A stretch of DNA of 61,836 nucleotides, filler included, from Squatina squatina (Eukaryota): NCBI GenBank assembly GCA_031763465.1. It is 3 parts of 3 records of this genome, joined end to end, with 100 filler letters (N's around TTAATTAATTAA, not from the genome) between each part and the next. Parts side by side here need not be neighbours in the genome. Positions count along the whole stretch, not along the records: positions 1 to 25,488 come from JARFOE010000051.1; 2 more parts are not named here. One strand, 5' to 3'. Within the stretch, counting starts at the first letter, position 1, and each line of letters starts with the position of its first letter. The notes under the pieces are model-generated. The model was given only the letters and a program-made list of their open reading frames with translations, was not told the DNA's origin and searched no databases. Positions 1 through 11,944 of the stretch are shown here, piece after piece. The position numbers were made by a program, and so were the translations under genes.

Positions 1-242
1 TCCCTCATTCTGTGAATCGAGGTGTATTTGCAAGAGTGTCCCTTTGCGCAAGATGCAGCAGGAGATTGTGGCCCTGAACAGAATGTTAGAGGTACACTAT
101 CTTAACCCACTTTAAAAAAAAATACATTTTGAATAGTAAATAATGTAGCTTCCAATCCAAAAACATGAGCCTGAAAGTGAATGAGAAATTGAGGGGGAAA
201 TAATTTAAACACAGTGGATTCTTTTCTGTATTTCCAAATCAG

Positions 243-477
243 CTGACCAATTCCACGCGGTGCACATCGTCACAAAAGCAATCAATCAGCGAGTGGATGA
301 CAATTTGAACGAGAAGCTTCCTGACCCATTCGCTGCTGCGAGGGCACACTTCTCCCATTGTGGTGAGGGAGAACCAAAGGAGATTGAACCACTTTACAAA
401 ATGCTGAGCATAAACTGGTGTCGGGGGGATGCCGTAGTGGAAATAGTGGATGGAACGACAGGGAAGATTACAGAAGA
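243..477 (+). other. Possible internal coding exon of an unidentified gene
   Basis: Pyrimidine tract and AG (cttttctgtatttccaaatcag, ending 242) and a consensus GTAAGT donor at 478 flank a stop-free frame (DQFHAVHIVTKAINQRVDDNLNEKLPDPF...GTTGKITEE). Protein not recognised. Confidence 0.3.
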
Positions 478-1140
478 GTAAGTCTTAATGATTCTGCTTC
501 AGCATCATGGGTTCCACCCTGCCTGAAATATAGATGTTTACAACCAATGCATACAATCTATTTAACTGGTAGAATGTTGTTGATATTGGGATACAACTCA
601 CTTGCTGCTATTCTCAGCTGAACATTTGCATAGCATTAAGTTCCACTCTACACTGTTTTGACAGGGTCAAAAGGGTTGTCTGATATTTTTGGACTTCAGG
701 TAGAAAATAGAAGGTAAATATATCACTGCTCCCTAGCACTCAAAACTAGTGATAGGATCTCCTCACCCGCTGACTCTCCAGGAGCTAACAGGTGCTGCCT
801 CAGTCCTAGATCCGATCCGCCCCAGACTATGANNNNNNNNNNNNNNNNNNNNNNNNNNNNNNNNNNNNNNNNNNNNNNNNNNNNNNNNNNNNNNNNNNNN
901 NNNNNNNNNNNNNNNNNNNNNNNNNNNNNNNNNNNNNNNNNNNNNNNNNNNNNNNNNNNNNNNNNNNNNNNNNNNNNNNNNNNNNNNNNNNNNNNNNNNN
1001 NNNNNNNNNNNNNNNNNNNNNNNNNNNNNNNNNNNNNNNNNNNNNNNNNNNNNNNNNNNNNNNNNNNNNNNNNNNNNNNNNNNNNNNNNNNNNNNNNNNN
1101 NNNNNNNNNNNNNNNNNNNNNNNNNNNNNNNNNNNNNNNN

Positions 1141-2600
1141 TATCACCCTGTTCATACCTGCGGACATCAGGCTCTGCCTCACTGGAGATGCACTGGCCGG
1201 GCTGTGGCACCCACTGCAGGACTTGCATTACTGATGCTCGAGGACACGACGGGGGCATTAGGCAATCTGCTGTGAGTAGATGCACCAAACAAGCCCCCTG
1301 AGTGTGATTTTCCAGAGGAGATATCTTAGAGTCACATAATCTCACAGTACAGATCGACGACCAAGATTGAACTGATGTTGGAGCTTTGATTGAAACAGGC
1401 TTCAATGGTGGCTACGCCTTGGGAACAGAGAAACATACGTAGTTTTTCACCCCCTGATGCCTTACTGCCATTATATTAGACTCCCGCTTATCTGTATCTT
1501 AATTCCATGTAACAGCCTATAATCCATAACCCAATGCCCTTCCAGGTGGTCCTGTGCTGGCAGTGTTTGACTGTGTGCATTTCCTCCATATGATTCCCCA
1601 TTTTGAAGAACGGAGCTGCAATAGAATGAAAGACTGTTTGCATCTTAGCACAGCCTCTGGGTTTGGGGGCAAGGCACATAGATCATTTTCTCATGAAAAT
1701 TCACCTACAGCAAGACGGTGTGTGAATTAAGACGGCTATCACATCGGTGAGGATCTGGTTGTGGAATTGGGAGAAAGCCCGTACTGATCCCAGATGACGG
1801 TGAAGAGGCAAAGGAGATGCGAGAACCCGATAGCTGATTTTTTCAAGTTAGTATTGGGGACACAGCAGGCCTCGCCCTGGTCGTATCTTTGGAGATCTCG
1901 CGTTTCCAACTCGCTATTCAATGCACGTAGTACACCGGGTGCTGCTCCATCGGGTTCCCCGTCACTGAGAGGAGATTGATATGGCAATGGGTTCCACTGG
2001 CACACAAGGAGGTGCTGTACAAAATCTAAGGGGTGGAACTGGAGGAGGACAATGTGATGGCAGGTAACAGTATATGGGTTGTGTTCGGAGTTGGTGCAAT
2101 GGTGAAATGGGAGCTGGGGGTGTAGTGGATGCAAGTGGAGAACAGGTTGGGTTCAGAGTTGGGGCTGGAGTTGGAGCTGCTGAAGCGGTTGGTGTGTGGT
2201 AGTTGAAGGACATGCTGCTGCAAGTGGAGAATAGGTTGGGGCTGGAGTTAGTGTTGGAGTTCCTGGAAGTGGTGATGTGGGGGATTGTAACAGGTGCGAC
2301 AGTTAATGGTGGATAAAGTGCGGGTGGGCAACAGAGAATAGGGAATGTTCATGATGCAGGGTTGAAGACACCCCTCAGACAGAATGGACTGATTCACTAA
2401 TGCAGTGAGTGCAGCATGATTGCCTGGTGGACCAAATTCCTGCAGAGTCTGGACTGTAAGCCTACAGCTGGACTGTAGTCCATCACACTGTAATTGAACA
2501 GAGTGATAGTTCATTTGCAGCACTGTGACAACACTTTCTAACTCTGCCAATTTTTCCAGGAGGACTCTCAGTTGATCGAACCTTTGCAGCAAATTTCTGA
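1141..2600 (-). mobile_element. Decayed coding-like region, possibly gag-like remnant of an LTR element
   Basis: Broken minus-strand ORFs: a coiled-coil-like start (LQRFDQLRVLLEKLAELESVVTVLQ), a Pro/Asn/Ser low-complexity spacer at 2100-2280, and a twice-seen D-x-[RQ]-RY[ED]QG[DE] motif. No diagnostic motif. Confidence 0.22.
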
Positions 2601-3199
2601 GCTTTTTCTCCCTTCATTATCTCTACAGTTTGTTATTTATCTGCAATGTGCTTCTCATCCTGAATTTCTATTAAACTCTCCTCCTTTCGTTGTTTACTTA
2701 ATTCCTTCAGTCTGTCACACACGTTTCTGAGATACATATTGGACTTGGCTATAAACTCAATCAAGAAAAACTCTCCTGAGGACCCGGGCTAACTCACTTA
2801 GCTCTCTGTATTTCCCCTGAAATCACTAACCCTCAGAGTTTTCCCACTATGTGGTGTCGAATGGGTGTCGATATGTTCGCCCAGATCATCCATATTCCCC
2901 GAATCTGTATTGATCTGTCTGACTGGAGCTGGCCAGTCACCAAATGAGACATTTTAACTCTTAATTGTTCTGTGTCCTTTCACAGTCTCAAATTATGTTG
3001 TTTTTATGGGATACTAAATTTTACTTTTGCTTAATTCAAGTTTGTGGACTAAGATATCAAATTAATATATGCCCTTTTCAAATAATTGATCCACCCTTTA
3101 AATGCCGTGTACGTGGGTGCGGTACAGAATGTTATTCACATGCAAGGTACTCATCCGGTGTTGTAAGCACGTGTTATTGACTCCTCACACTCGTCTACG

Positions 3200-4485
3200 T
3201 TGTTAAAGGCACACTGCCTTTGATTAACTTGATTGAGCTCTTTGACAAATTTGATGATCATGGTCTTTTTGGTGTTGTCCATGTGCACTTTCAAAAGACG
3301 TTTCCTGAAGTGCCACATCGCAGATTTCCCAGCAAAACTTTAGCCCATGGTTTGCAAAGGACAGTGGTTGGATATATATATATATATGTATATATAAGAT
3401 ACTGAAGGGTATTGGCAGGTTCGATGCTGAGAGCTTCTTCCCACTGACTGGGGAGTCCAGAACTATGGGGCAGAGTTCAGGATATGGGGCTGGCCAATGA
3501 AGACTGTGAAGAAGATGAATTTCTTCAGTAATTCTTTTGAATTATCTGCCACAAATGGTTGTGGAAACTCAGTCGTTGAGCATATTTTGGGCTGAGGCAG
3601 GTAAATTCTTGGAGTCTAGCGGAATCAAGGGACATGGAGATCAGAAATGAAAGAGAAGTTGAGGTCGAAGATCAGCCATGAGCTCACTGAATTTTAGAAA
3701 AGACTCGAAGGTCTCTATGGCCGACTCCTGTTCCTAATTCTTATGTTCTTAACCGGAATTGTTAGTAAGACAGAAAGCAGAGCGCCTGCTTATCAGACTG
3801 AGGGCCAGGAGTACCTGGTGATGCTCCCCCAGGTAACGGTGCTCTTTAATGAAATATATTTATGTTCTGGACTTGAGCATGCAGGGCACAATGTTAAAGT
3901 TTTCAAATGTCGCAAAGTCAGAAATGTATTAAATGGTGAATGTTGCAGAGTTCAAGATGACATAGACAGACTGGAGAAATGGGCAGAAAAACAGCACTTG
4001 AAATTTAATGTTGAGAATTGTGCAGTGCTCTATTTTGGAGGTAAAGATTTGGAGAAGCAATGCAAACTAAAGGTTAGAATTTTAAAGGGTAATCGGAACA
4101 CGAAGATCTGTTACTTCACTGATCCGGGAAGGTGTGGGGAGATTTATTAGAGTTGATCCAAATGATGAATGGCCTGGTGAGATTAAAGAGAGAGATTTTG
4201 TTTGCACTGGCAGCAGGTTAGGTAACCAGACGACACTGAACTAAGATACTTGACAAGAAATCTAGTGAGGAAGTAACGAGTTATTTTCACATCGAGCATT
4301 TCCATCGTAAATGAACTCCCTGAAAAGGTGGATGGTTCTGATGCAGTAATAAATGTAAACAGGGAACTGGATGATTACTTGAGAGTGAAACATTTACTGA
4401 CCTATGGAGTAAGATGAGCAGACCTAAGTTGTTGCAAAAAGCAGGCAAATGAACGTTGGGCTGAACTACTTGCCTCTGTGCTGTG
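3200..4485 (+). mobile_element. Nested degenerate CR1-clade LINE fragments
   Basis: CR1 ORF2-like peptides (LINLIELFD...VHFQKTFPEVPHRR; VQDDIDRLEKWAEKQHLKFNVENC) and an internal CR1-type 3' tail near 3720-3750. Confidence 0.75.
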
Positions 4486-4886
4486 TGAGTCTAGAAAAGT
4501 TTTCAGTGGATGTCCTGAGCATGTCGTCTTTACAGCTCAGGCTCCCTAGTCTGAAGTCACTGAAGGGCTCCGGTGAATTGTACATTTTATCAGGTTCATT
4601 ACATACTTGCTACCTGATACTATTATGTCAACGTTACTTTGCCTGTTCAACACATGAGTGTGTTAACCTGAGAGACCACCATTTCAAGTAACATTTCCTT
4701 TCAATGTGGCTGGAGCAATAGAATCTATATTGATTTAATTGTACTTTCTGCATGAGAAACCAACGATTACCATCATGGCCTTCTCCTTCTTATTTCCTTT
4801 CACTACACCTTTTATGTAGCCCTATTCGGCTTGTTCAGAATATGCAAGGGAATTGAGTTCCGATATTGCAGAATCTTCAGTTCTTT

Positions 4887-5782
4887 TCATAATTTAATAT
4901 ATGTAAAAATTAGAGGAAAGGGAAATTTCACCACATTCTTCAACAGCTCCCTGAACTTAATCTGGGTCACGGCATAAATACAAGTGTTCGTGCAGCAACT
5001 CAGCAGCTGGAGCATGAATCCTATTTCTTGTAGAAAAGAAGGTAGAAAGAGAGTATCATCACCTAAGTGATACATCCGGTTCCATATAGAATACACCGTG
5101 AATACCACCCATAACAGAACGAAATTCCCCGAGATAACAAGCAGTAGAATGATGGATTTCCTTCGCCTCTCAATCTCTGCGTCACTGGGATTCTCTTCAC
5201 TGCTGTGATCCCGGAGTCTCCTGCGGGCTCTGCTGGCCAATAAAATGTGTCTGATAGTTAAAACATTCAGCAGCAGAATCAGAGCAAATGGGATGCACGG
5301 CGTTAGAATAAAATGAAAAAACTCGATTGTTGCCCACAAATTTGAAACCATTACATGAACACTCACATAGCAGAACCAGGGAGTATTACTCAAACTGTAC
5401 CAAGGTACATACATGAAGTACCAGAATATATTCTTTAAACAGCTAAGCACAGAAACTGTTCCGAGAACCACAGCTGCAGTTTTCTCAGTGCAATATTTAT
5501 TTTTCAGCTTCTGACAACAAATTGCCACAAATCGATCCAAGGTGAAAGTGACAGTGAACCAGACAGAACAGTCTGTGGCTGTATAAAGCAGGACAGCATG
5601 GATATTACACACTGGGATGAACTGCACAAATAGCAGTTCATGCGCGATTGGAATCTGTCTAAGTATCAGGTCGCTGATAACAACCAGTAGATCTGCTGCT
5701 GCCATGGCCACCAGGTAGCGAGCGACACATTTGGAGAGACCGCACTTTCCCCGAGACAGGATCACAATCGTCACTAAGTTAA
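4887..5782 (-). CDS. GPR139/GPR142-like orphan class A GPCR, exon 2 (end of TM1 to C-terminus)
   Basis: Acceptor cccacAG at 5784-5783. Phase-1 join gives GIPVNLVTIVIL. Motifs: MAAADLL (TM2), LDRFVAICC (DRY-like), FVLLW (TM6), SCCTNTCIY (NPxxY variant). TGA stop at 4889-4887. Spliced CDS is 981 nt = 326 aa. Confidence 0.92.
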
Positions 5783-6371
5783 CTGTGGGGAAGGCAAATA
5801 AACAGCAAAATTAACACAACAGGATGGAAGTGAAATCAGGATGATGAAGTTGTGGTGAACTTTCAACACATATTACTTCTTGCCTTGATGGAATTTAATA
5901 ATGTTCCTAAGAAAGGGCTTTTTGCTGCAGACAGGATTTGCAATGAAAATTGTATGATTCACTAATGTGTAATGAATAAGAACTGAACACAGCAGTGGGA
6001 TACACGAGTAATGTGCAGTCTAAAATAATCATCATAGGATCAATGCTAAAGTGAGAATATCCCTCATATCCTGCTTTGTTAAGTCAATGTTAAGTACAGG
6101 CAGAACACTGGAATCACCCAGCTCCTCGGATTACATTCCCAGTCTATACTCAATCAGGAATTAGTTTGGGACATCTGGGACGAGTCATAATTTCCAAGAG
6201 GGTTAATCCAGCTTTCACCACCAGCGCTGCCGAATAACAGCAGACAATCAGGAAATACCAGGACGGGAATTATAGGAATGTAGTCTGGGGAGAGTGAGTC
6301 AGTGACACGGCGGAGTGTGTGTGTGTGTTCGGCAAAGTGAGTCATTGACCCTTGAGATAGAATCGAGAAGA

Positions 6372-7272
6372 GCTGGGTGGGATTGTGAGCTATGAGGAGG
6401 ATGCAGAGAGGATCCAGTATGATTTAGACAGGTGGAGTGAGTGGAAAAATGCATGGCAGATGCAGTATAATGTGGATAAATGTGAGCTTATCCACATTGG
6501 TGGCAAAAACAGGAAGGCAAGTTATTGTCTGAATGGCGATTGATTAGGATTGGGAGACGTGCAACGAGACCTGGGTGTCCTCGTACACCAGTCGATGAAA
6601 ATAAGCATTCAGGTGCACCAGGCAATTAAGAAGGCAAATGACATGTTGGCCTTCATAGCGAGAGGATTTCAGTACAGGAGCAGGGATGTCTTACTACAAT
6701 TGTGCAGGGCATTAGTGAGGCTATATCTTGAGTATTGAGCGCAGTTTTGAAATCCTTACCAGAGGAAGCAGGCTCTTGCTATGGAAGCAGGGAAGGTACA
6801 CTAGACTGATTCTTGGGATGCCAGGACTGAGGTATGAATAGAGATTGGGACGATTGGGCTTCTATTCGCCAGAGTTTAGAAGAATGTGAGGGGACCACAT
6901 TGAAATGTATAAAATCCTGACGGGACTGCCCAGACTTGATGCAGCAAGGATGTTTCCGATGGTGTAGAGGTCTGGAACAAGGGGTCCCAGCTAAAGGCTC
7001 AGCCATTTGGGACTGAGATGAGGTGGAATTTCTTGAACTAGAGAGTGCTGAACCTGTGGAATTCTCTACCACGGAAGGCAGTTGAGGACAAATCATTAAA
7101 TACATTCAAGAAGGAGTTCGATACATTTCTTATGGCGAAAGAGATCAAGGGATACGGCGAGAAAGCAGAAACAGGGCACTGAATCTGGATGATCACAAGT
7201 GATGATATTGAATGGCGGAGCAGGCTGGAAGGACCGAATGGCCAACTCCTGCTCCTATTTCATATGTTTCTA
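6372..7272 (+). mobile_element. 5'-truncated CR1-clade LINE in the GPCR intron
   Basis: ORF2 C-terminal peptide QRDLGVLVHQSMK...LVRLYLEY and 3' UTR ending ctcctgctcctatttcatatgtttct. Confidence 0.9.
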
Positions 7273-7911
7273 GCATGAACAAAAAAAAACAGAGGAAAGA
7301 ATGTGCGGGTCTTGTGTGTAACTTGCTCAAATTGGGTTGTGATCCCCACTGTGCTGATTGAAAGACTCCGTGGTTTCGGGCCGCAGAATGGAGGGAATGC
7401 TGGCGGTGAGAAATGGAGAAGTATTCAACATTTTAAAACGGTTAGAAAACAAGGATAAAACAGGACAATAATTCTACTTCCACTAAAATCTTAAATTTCA
7501 TATCCACTGGAAGTAAGACATAATTGTGAAACATTTTGAACGACTTTCCAAACACAGAATCTCCACTTCGCTCCAAATAATCTCGACTTTAAATGTTCTA
7601 ATAATTTGACCAACCTTGTTTTGAATAGGACCTCACCTAACCTGTTGACACTTCCTTCTCTCCACTGATATTTGGTGTATTTATAACTATCGGTGCTGAT
7701 GTATAATGTACAATATGGACCCAGTCCACCTGACACTCCCTGCGTTAATGCATTCATGGAAACCATGCGCAGTGTATAAGTAGTGGCCAATTCGAATCAC
7801 ACGTTTTACAACATTGCTGTAAGTTCATATTCTCTCCAGCTGTGTGACTGTAGAATTCCTTTGAATGTATTTGATGTGAAATCGATTGAATTAGCCCCTT
7901 TTGTGTTGGGT

Positions 7912-8072
7912 AAAGTATCTGAACCCAACTAGATCAACGCTAGCCTAGAGGTCTGTATCTATCGGTGAGACTTATTTAAGTGTCTGAACTCAACTTGATT
8001 GGTGGCAACCCAGAGTTACAGTTCTATTGGTGAGGTTTAATTAAGCTTCTGAACCTCACGAGTTCAGCGCTA
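7912..8072. repeat. 65-bp minisatellite, left half (about 2.5 degenerate units)
   Basis: GGTGAG anchors at 7964 and 8029 (65 apart). Shares gtatctgaacccaactagatca with the 10474-10700 array. Confidence 0.85.
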
Positions 8073-8097
8073 ATACAAAACTAAACACTGTAAATCA

Positions 8098-10473
8098 TAA
8101 ATAAAAACAAAAAGTGCAAGAAATACGCTGCACCTCAGACAGCCACAGTGGCGAGAGAAAAACAGAGTTCGTGTTTCAGGTCTGTGACCATTCACCACAG
8201 CTGGAGAAAGTTAGAGATGTGGAGACAGAGCCAGAGTTAATGTTTCAGACCAGTGACCTTCAATCAGAACTGGAGAGTTTTGAGATTTAAAAGGTTTTGG
8301 AGCAAGTTCAGGGACAGGAAAAAGGGGAGGTGTGAAATTAACAAAAGGGAAGAGCTGTGATGGAGTGGGTCAGGAATGATTAAGAGACAAAAGTGTTGAA
8401 GGTGCAAAGCTCAATGTAATGTTAATGGGCAAATTAGAAACAAAAGACAAGTCTACACAGGGTGCAAATGAAAATGGCAGAATCATCAGCAGCTGTGACG
8501 GGAGAGGGAGACATAAACAAAAAAAAACATAGTCAGGGGTGAAGGTCTAAAATTGTTTAACTCGCTGTTTGGTACAGAAGATTGTAAAGGGCCGAACCAA
8601 AGAAGAGGTGCGGTTATTTGAGCTTATGTTGAGCTTCATTGGTCCAGTGGAAGAGGCTGCAGATGGAGAGATCAGAGTGGGAGTGGAGCGAAGAACTAAA
8701 GTGACAGGTGGCCAGAAGCTCACGGTAGCTCCTATGGACTGCACAGAGGTATTCTGCGAAGCGGTCACCCAATCTGCGTCTGGTCTCCCAGTGTAGAGAA
8801 AAATGCATTGTGATCATCGAATGTAATATTCTAAATTGAAAAACGTACAAGCAAATCGCTCTTTCACCTGGAAGGAGTGTTTGAGGCCCTGGAAGTGATG
8901 AGGTAAAAGGGCAGGTGTTGCATATCCTACGCTTCCAACGGGAACGGCGCCATCGGAAGAGCAGTGAGTGCTGGGATGATGCAGGACTGGACCAGGGTTT
9001 CACGGAGGGAGATGTCCCTTTGGAATGGTGAAAGGGGAGAGGAGTGGAAGATGTGTGTGGTGGTGGGATCACTCCGGATGTGGCAGAAATAACGGAGGAT
9101 AATCCGTTGACCACGGAGGCTTGCTGCCTGAAAGGTGAGGGCAAGGCGAACCCTATCATGGTTGTGGTTAGGAGGGGAAGGGGCGAGAGCAGAATTGTGG
9201 GAACAAGAACAAATGCTCTGGTGGCCATGTCAACCATGGTAGAGGGGAATGCTCGGTTGAGGAAAAAGGAAGACATGTAAGAAGCAATGGTGTGGAATGT
9301 GGTTAGTCATAACAGAAATGACGGAGAGAGAGAAACTGGGAGAATGGAATACTTACAGGAAGTGGGGTGGTAGCAATTGTAGTCCAGGTAGTTTGGGAAT
9401 CACTGGGATTAGGGTGTATGATTGTCGATTGTCTATTCACAGAAATGTAGACAGAGTAGTCGAAGAAGTGAAGGGAAGATTCAGAGATGGACAATGTAAA
9501 CGTGAGGGAAGAGTGGAAATGGGAAGCATTGTGAAAAAGAATTTCGAGTTCGGCACAAGAGCAGTAAACTGCACCAATACAGTCATAAATGTACTTGAAA
9601 AAGAGGTGACGGAGGGGAGCTGAGTCGGACTAGAACACAGAATGTTCCACAGATCCCGTGAAAATGCAGCACAGCTAGGACCGATGCGAGTTCCCAAAGC
9701 AACACCTTTAATTTGAAAGAAGTGATTGTAGTCAAAGGAGAAGTTGTGCAATGTGAGAACATTTTCAGCCAGCTGGAGGAGGCTTGTGGTAGATGGGGAT
9801 TGTTCGGGCCTTTGTTCAATGAAGAAACAGGGCGCCCTCAGGCCATCCAGTCGGGGTGGAGGTGTGGAAGGATTGAACGCACAGAGTGAAAAGGAGAAAG
9901 GTGAGGCCAGAAAATTGTAACTGTTAAAATGGCGGAGCAGCATCAGAAGAGTCGTGGATTTAAGAGGACGAGAATGTACAAGCGGAAAACAAAGAGTCGA
10001 GCTAGGGGTAAGAACAAATGGAAAGAATAAGTGTACGAGAGCAATCCTGTTTGTGGAGTTGAAGGACTGAGGTAGAAGCAGGCTGAGCTTGACGGCTGTG
10101 GAGGGAAGATCTCCAGTGGTGCAGAGGTTTGTGACAGTCTGGAAAATGATAGATTGATGTTCATTAGTGTGGTCAAAGTCCAGGTGGAGAGAGAAGAACG
10201 TGTCCGCAAATTGGCGTTTAGTCTCCATAAGGTAGAGGTCGGTTCGCTGAAACACAACAGCGTGACCCTTGTAATCCAGGTTTAATGACAATCTTGAGGA
10301 CGGATCTGAGAGAATGGAGTGCTGCAAGTTCAGAATGAGGTAGGCTGGAGTGCGTGAGGGGAGTGGAAAAATTGAGCCAGCCAATGTCACGCTGGCAGTT
10401 AGCAATGAAATGATCCAGAGAGGGTAAGAGGCCAGACAAATGGGCGAAGGGAGAGTGAGAATTATGAAAGCGG
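8098..10473 (-). mobile_element. Penelope-like retroelement (RT + GIY-YIG endonuclease), frameshifted
   Basis: PLE RT motif LLQLAENVLTLHNFSF...QIKGVALGTRIGPS, a decayed RYIDD (KYIYD), CNTCP linker cysteines, the LYTGETRRRLGDRFAEYL endonuclease motif, and a PLE-type terminus at 8098-8300. Confidence 0.88.
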
Positions 10474-10700
10474 AATCAGCACGAACCTGGAGTTCTGCAT
10501 CTGTGGATGAGATTGAATTAAGCATCTCACCCCAACTAAATCTGTGCAAACCTGAAGTTCTGGATCTGTCGGTGAGATTTAATTAGGTATCTGAACCCAA
10601 CTAGATCAGCACAAGCCCAGAGATCTGCATCTACTGGTGAGATTTAATAAAGAATCTTAATGCATCCAGATCAGTGCTAACCAAGAGTTCTGTATCTATT
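10474..10700. repeat. 65-bp minisatellite, right half (about 3.5 degenerate units)
   Basis: G[AG]TGAGA anchors at 10506, 10571 and 10636 (period 65). Confidence 0.85.
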
Positions 10701-11242
10701 GTCATTTTGCTACTACAAAGCCATCTCGACTTGCATTGACCTCCACTGACCATCAACAAGAGTCAGTTATATGGAAATAGAGCGGGAGGTGGGACAGAGA
10801 CATCTAAGGTATAACTGATTGCTTGACGGGCACAGGTTGGGGTGGGATTCATTTTTTTTCAAGTATGCACCCTGGATACCCATGGAGACACCTCTCCGAT
10901 ACGATGCAGGTGCTTAGTGCAGACACAGGCTGCCAGCTGCTTTAAAAGAGAATTAGCCTTTAACATTGTCTATGCTGCAAACTAAAAAAAGATCCCGGTC
11001 TCTACCAGCCCCATAACATGGAAAAAAGAACGAAAGATGAGAATTCCTGTCCATTGCACTCAGAAAAGTGAATGGGTGAATGTGTCCCAATTAGAGTGAG
11101 GAACCACAGAACATTGTCAGATCCACAGCCATAGAGAAGCTCTGGGTTCAATTAGTTTCTGGATATTTTGACATCAATGAGAAAACACTGTCACACAGTT
11201 AAACAAGTTAGACCACATGAATAGCCGGATATAATGACTTAC

Positions 11243-11327
11243 CAGGGATCCCGACAGCTGCCAGAATCGGGTAGTATATCTTTTCTACCGCATAAAGAAT
11301 TTTCAGTATCTTAAGCTCAAGATACAT
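11243..11327 (-). CDS. GPR139/GPR142-like orphan GPCR, exon 1 (N-terminus and start of TM1)
   Basis: ATG at 11327-11325 gives MYLELKILKILYAVEKIYYPILAAVGIP plus G, then a GTAAGT donor at 11242. Length 85 nt, phase 1, in frame with exon 2. The start codon is less certain than the donor. Confidence 0.88.
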
Positions 11328-11418
11328 TCTTCTCCTCTCGGTAGCTTCGCTGACTAGTGTTAGTGCTGGAGGTGGTGTTCTCTCTGACACTGTGGAACAA
11401 CACATTGAAATGATTCCC

Positions 11419-11427
11419 TTATTAATA
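11419..11427 (-). promoter_or_regulatory. TATA-like element upstream of GPCR exon 1
   Basis: TATTAATAA(GGG) on the minus strand about 92 nt upstream of the ATG. Position is the only support. Confidence 0.3.
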
Positions 11428-11944
11428 GACGAAGAAAACCTCCAGTGACACAATTCGGGTCCATGGAGAGTGATACGAGTAATGGCCACTGAGCAAACAC
11501 GTTGATTGAATCCATGGAGACTGGTGTGATTTACAGTCACTGAACAGACAAAGTCAGTTGACCTTTTTCAGAGCAACACTCCTTAAACAATTAAAATTAC
11601 TTAAGGAATGGAACATGGATGTACAGTAGTACCTCGCACAATAGGGACGGTATTTTAAGAACGATAGGGAAGGATAAACATTGTCAAACTAAAAGTATGA
11701 ACACACTGATTGTCACTTTGTTTTCTTCAAGCTTGCCATCTCCATCACCACTCTTCTTTTCTCTGTCACTTACAAAGCCATCTCTGACAACTTTGTGATT
11801 CGCTCTTCATCCACATCTCCTACTGCCCTCCGAACCAAGATTGTTCTGTATCCATGCACAGAAAAAATACTTCGGACTTTTTTAAAACTCAAAACTTTGT
11901 CAATTTTCTGGATGCTTCTGCAGCTGTGGATCTGTTCTTCCAAA

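Noticed and set aside
763-1405. Long ORFs in the track that span N runs (also 36375-37175 and many others)
   Set aside because: Their length comes from X codons in assembly gaps.
4887-5774. Single-exon 295-aa GPCR starting at MTIVIL
   Set aside because: The start is a GTG (Val). TM1 is completed by splicing from exon 1 at 11243-11327.
9437-10549. 370-aa ORF as a host gene
   Set aside because: It drifts in and out of the frameshifted Penelope RT frame, so it is transposon debris.
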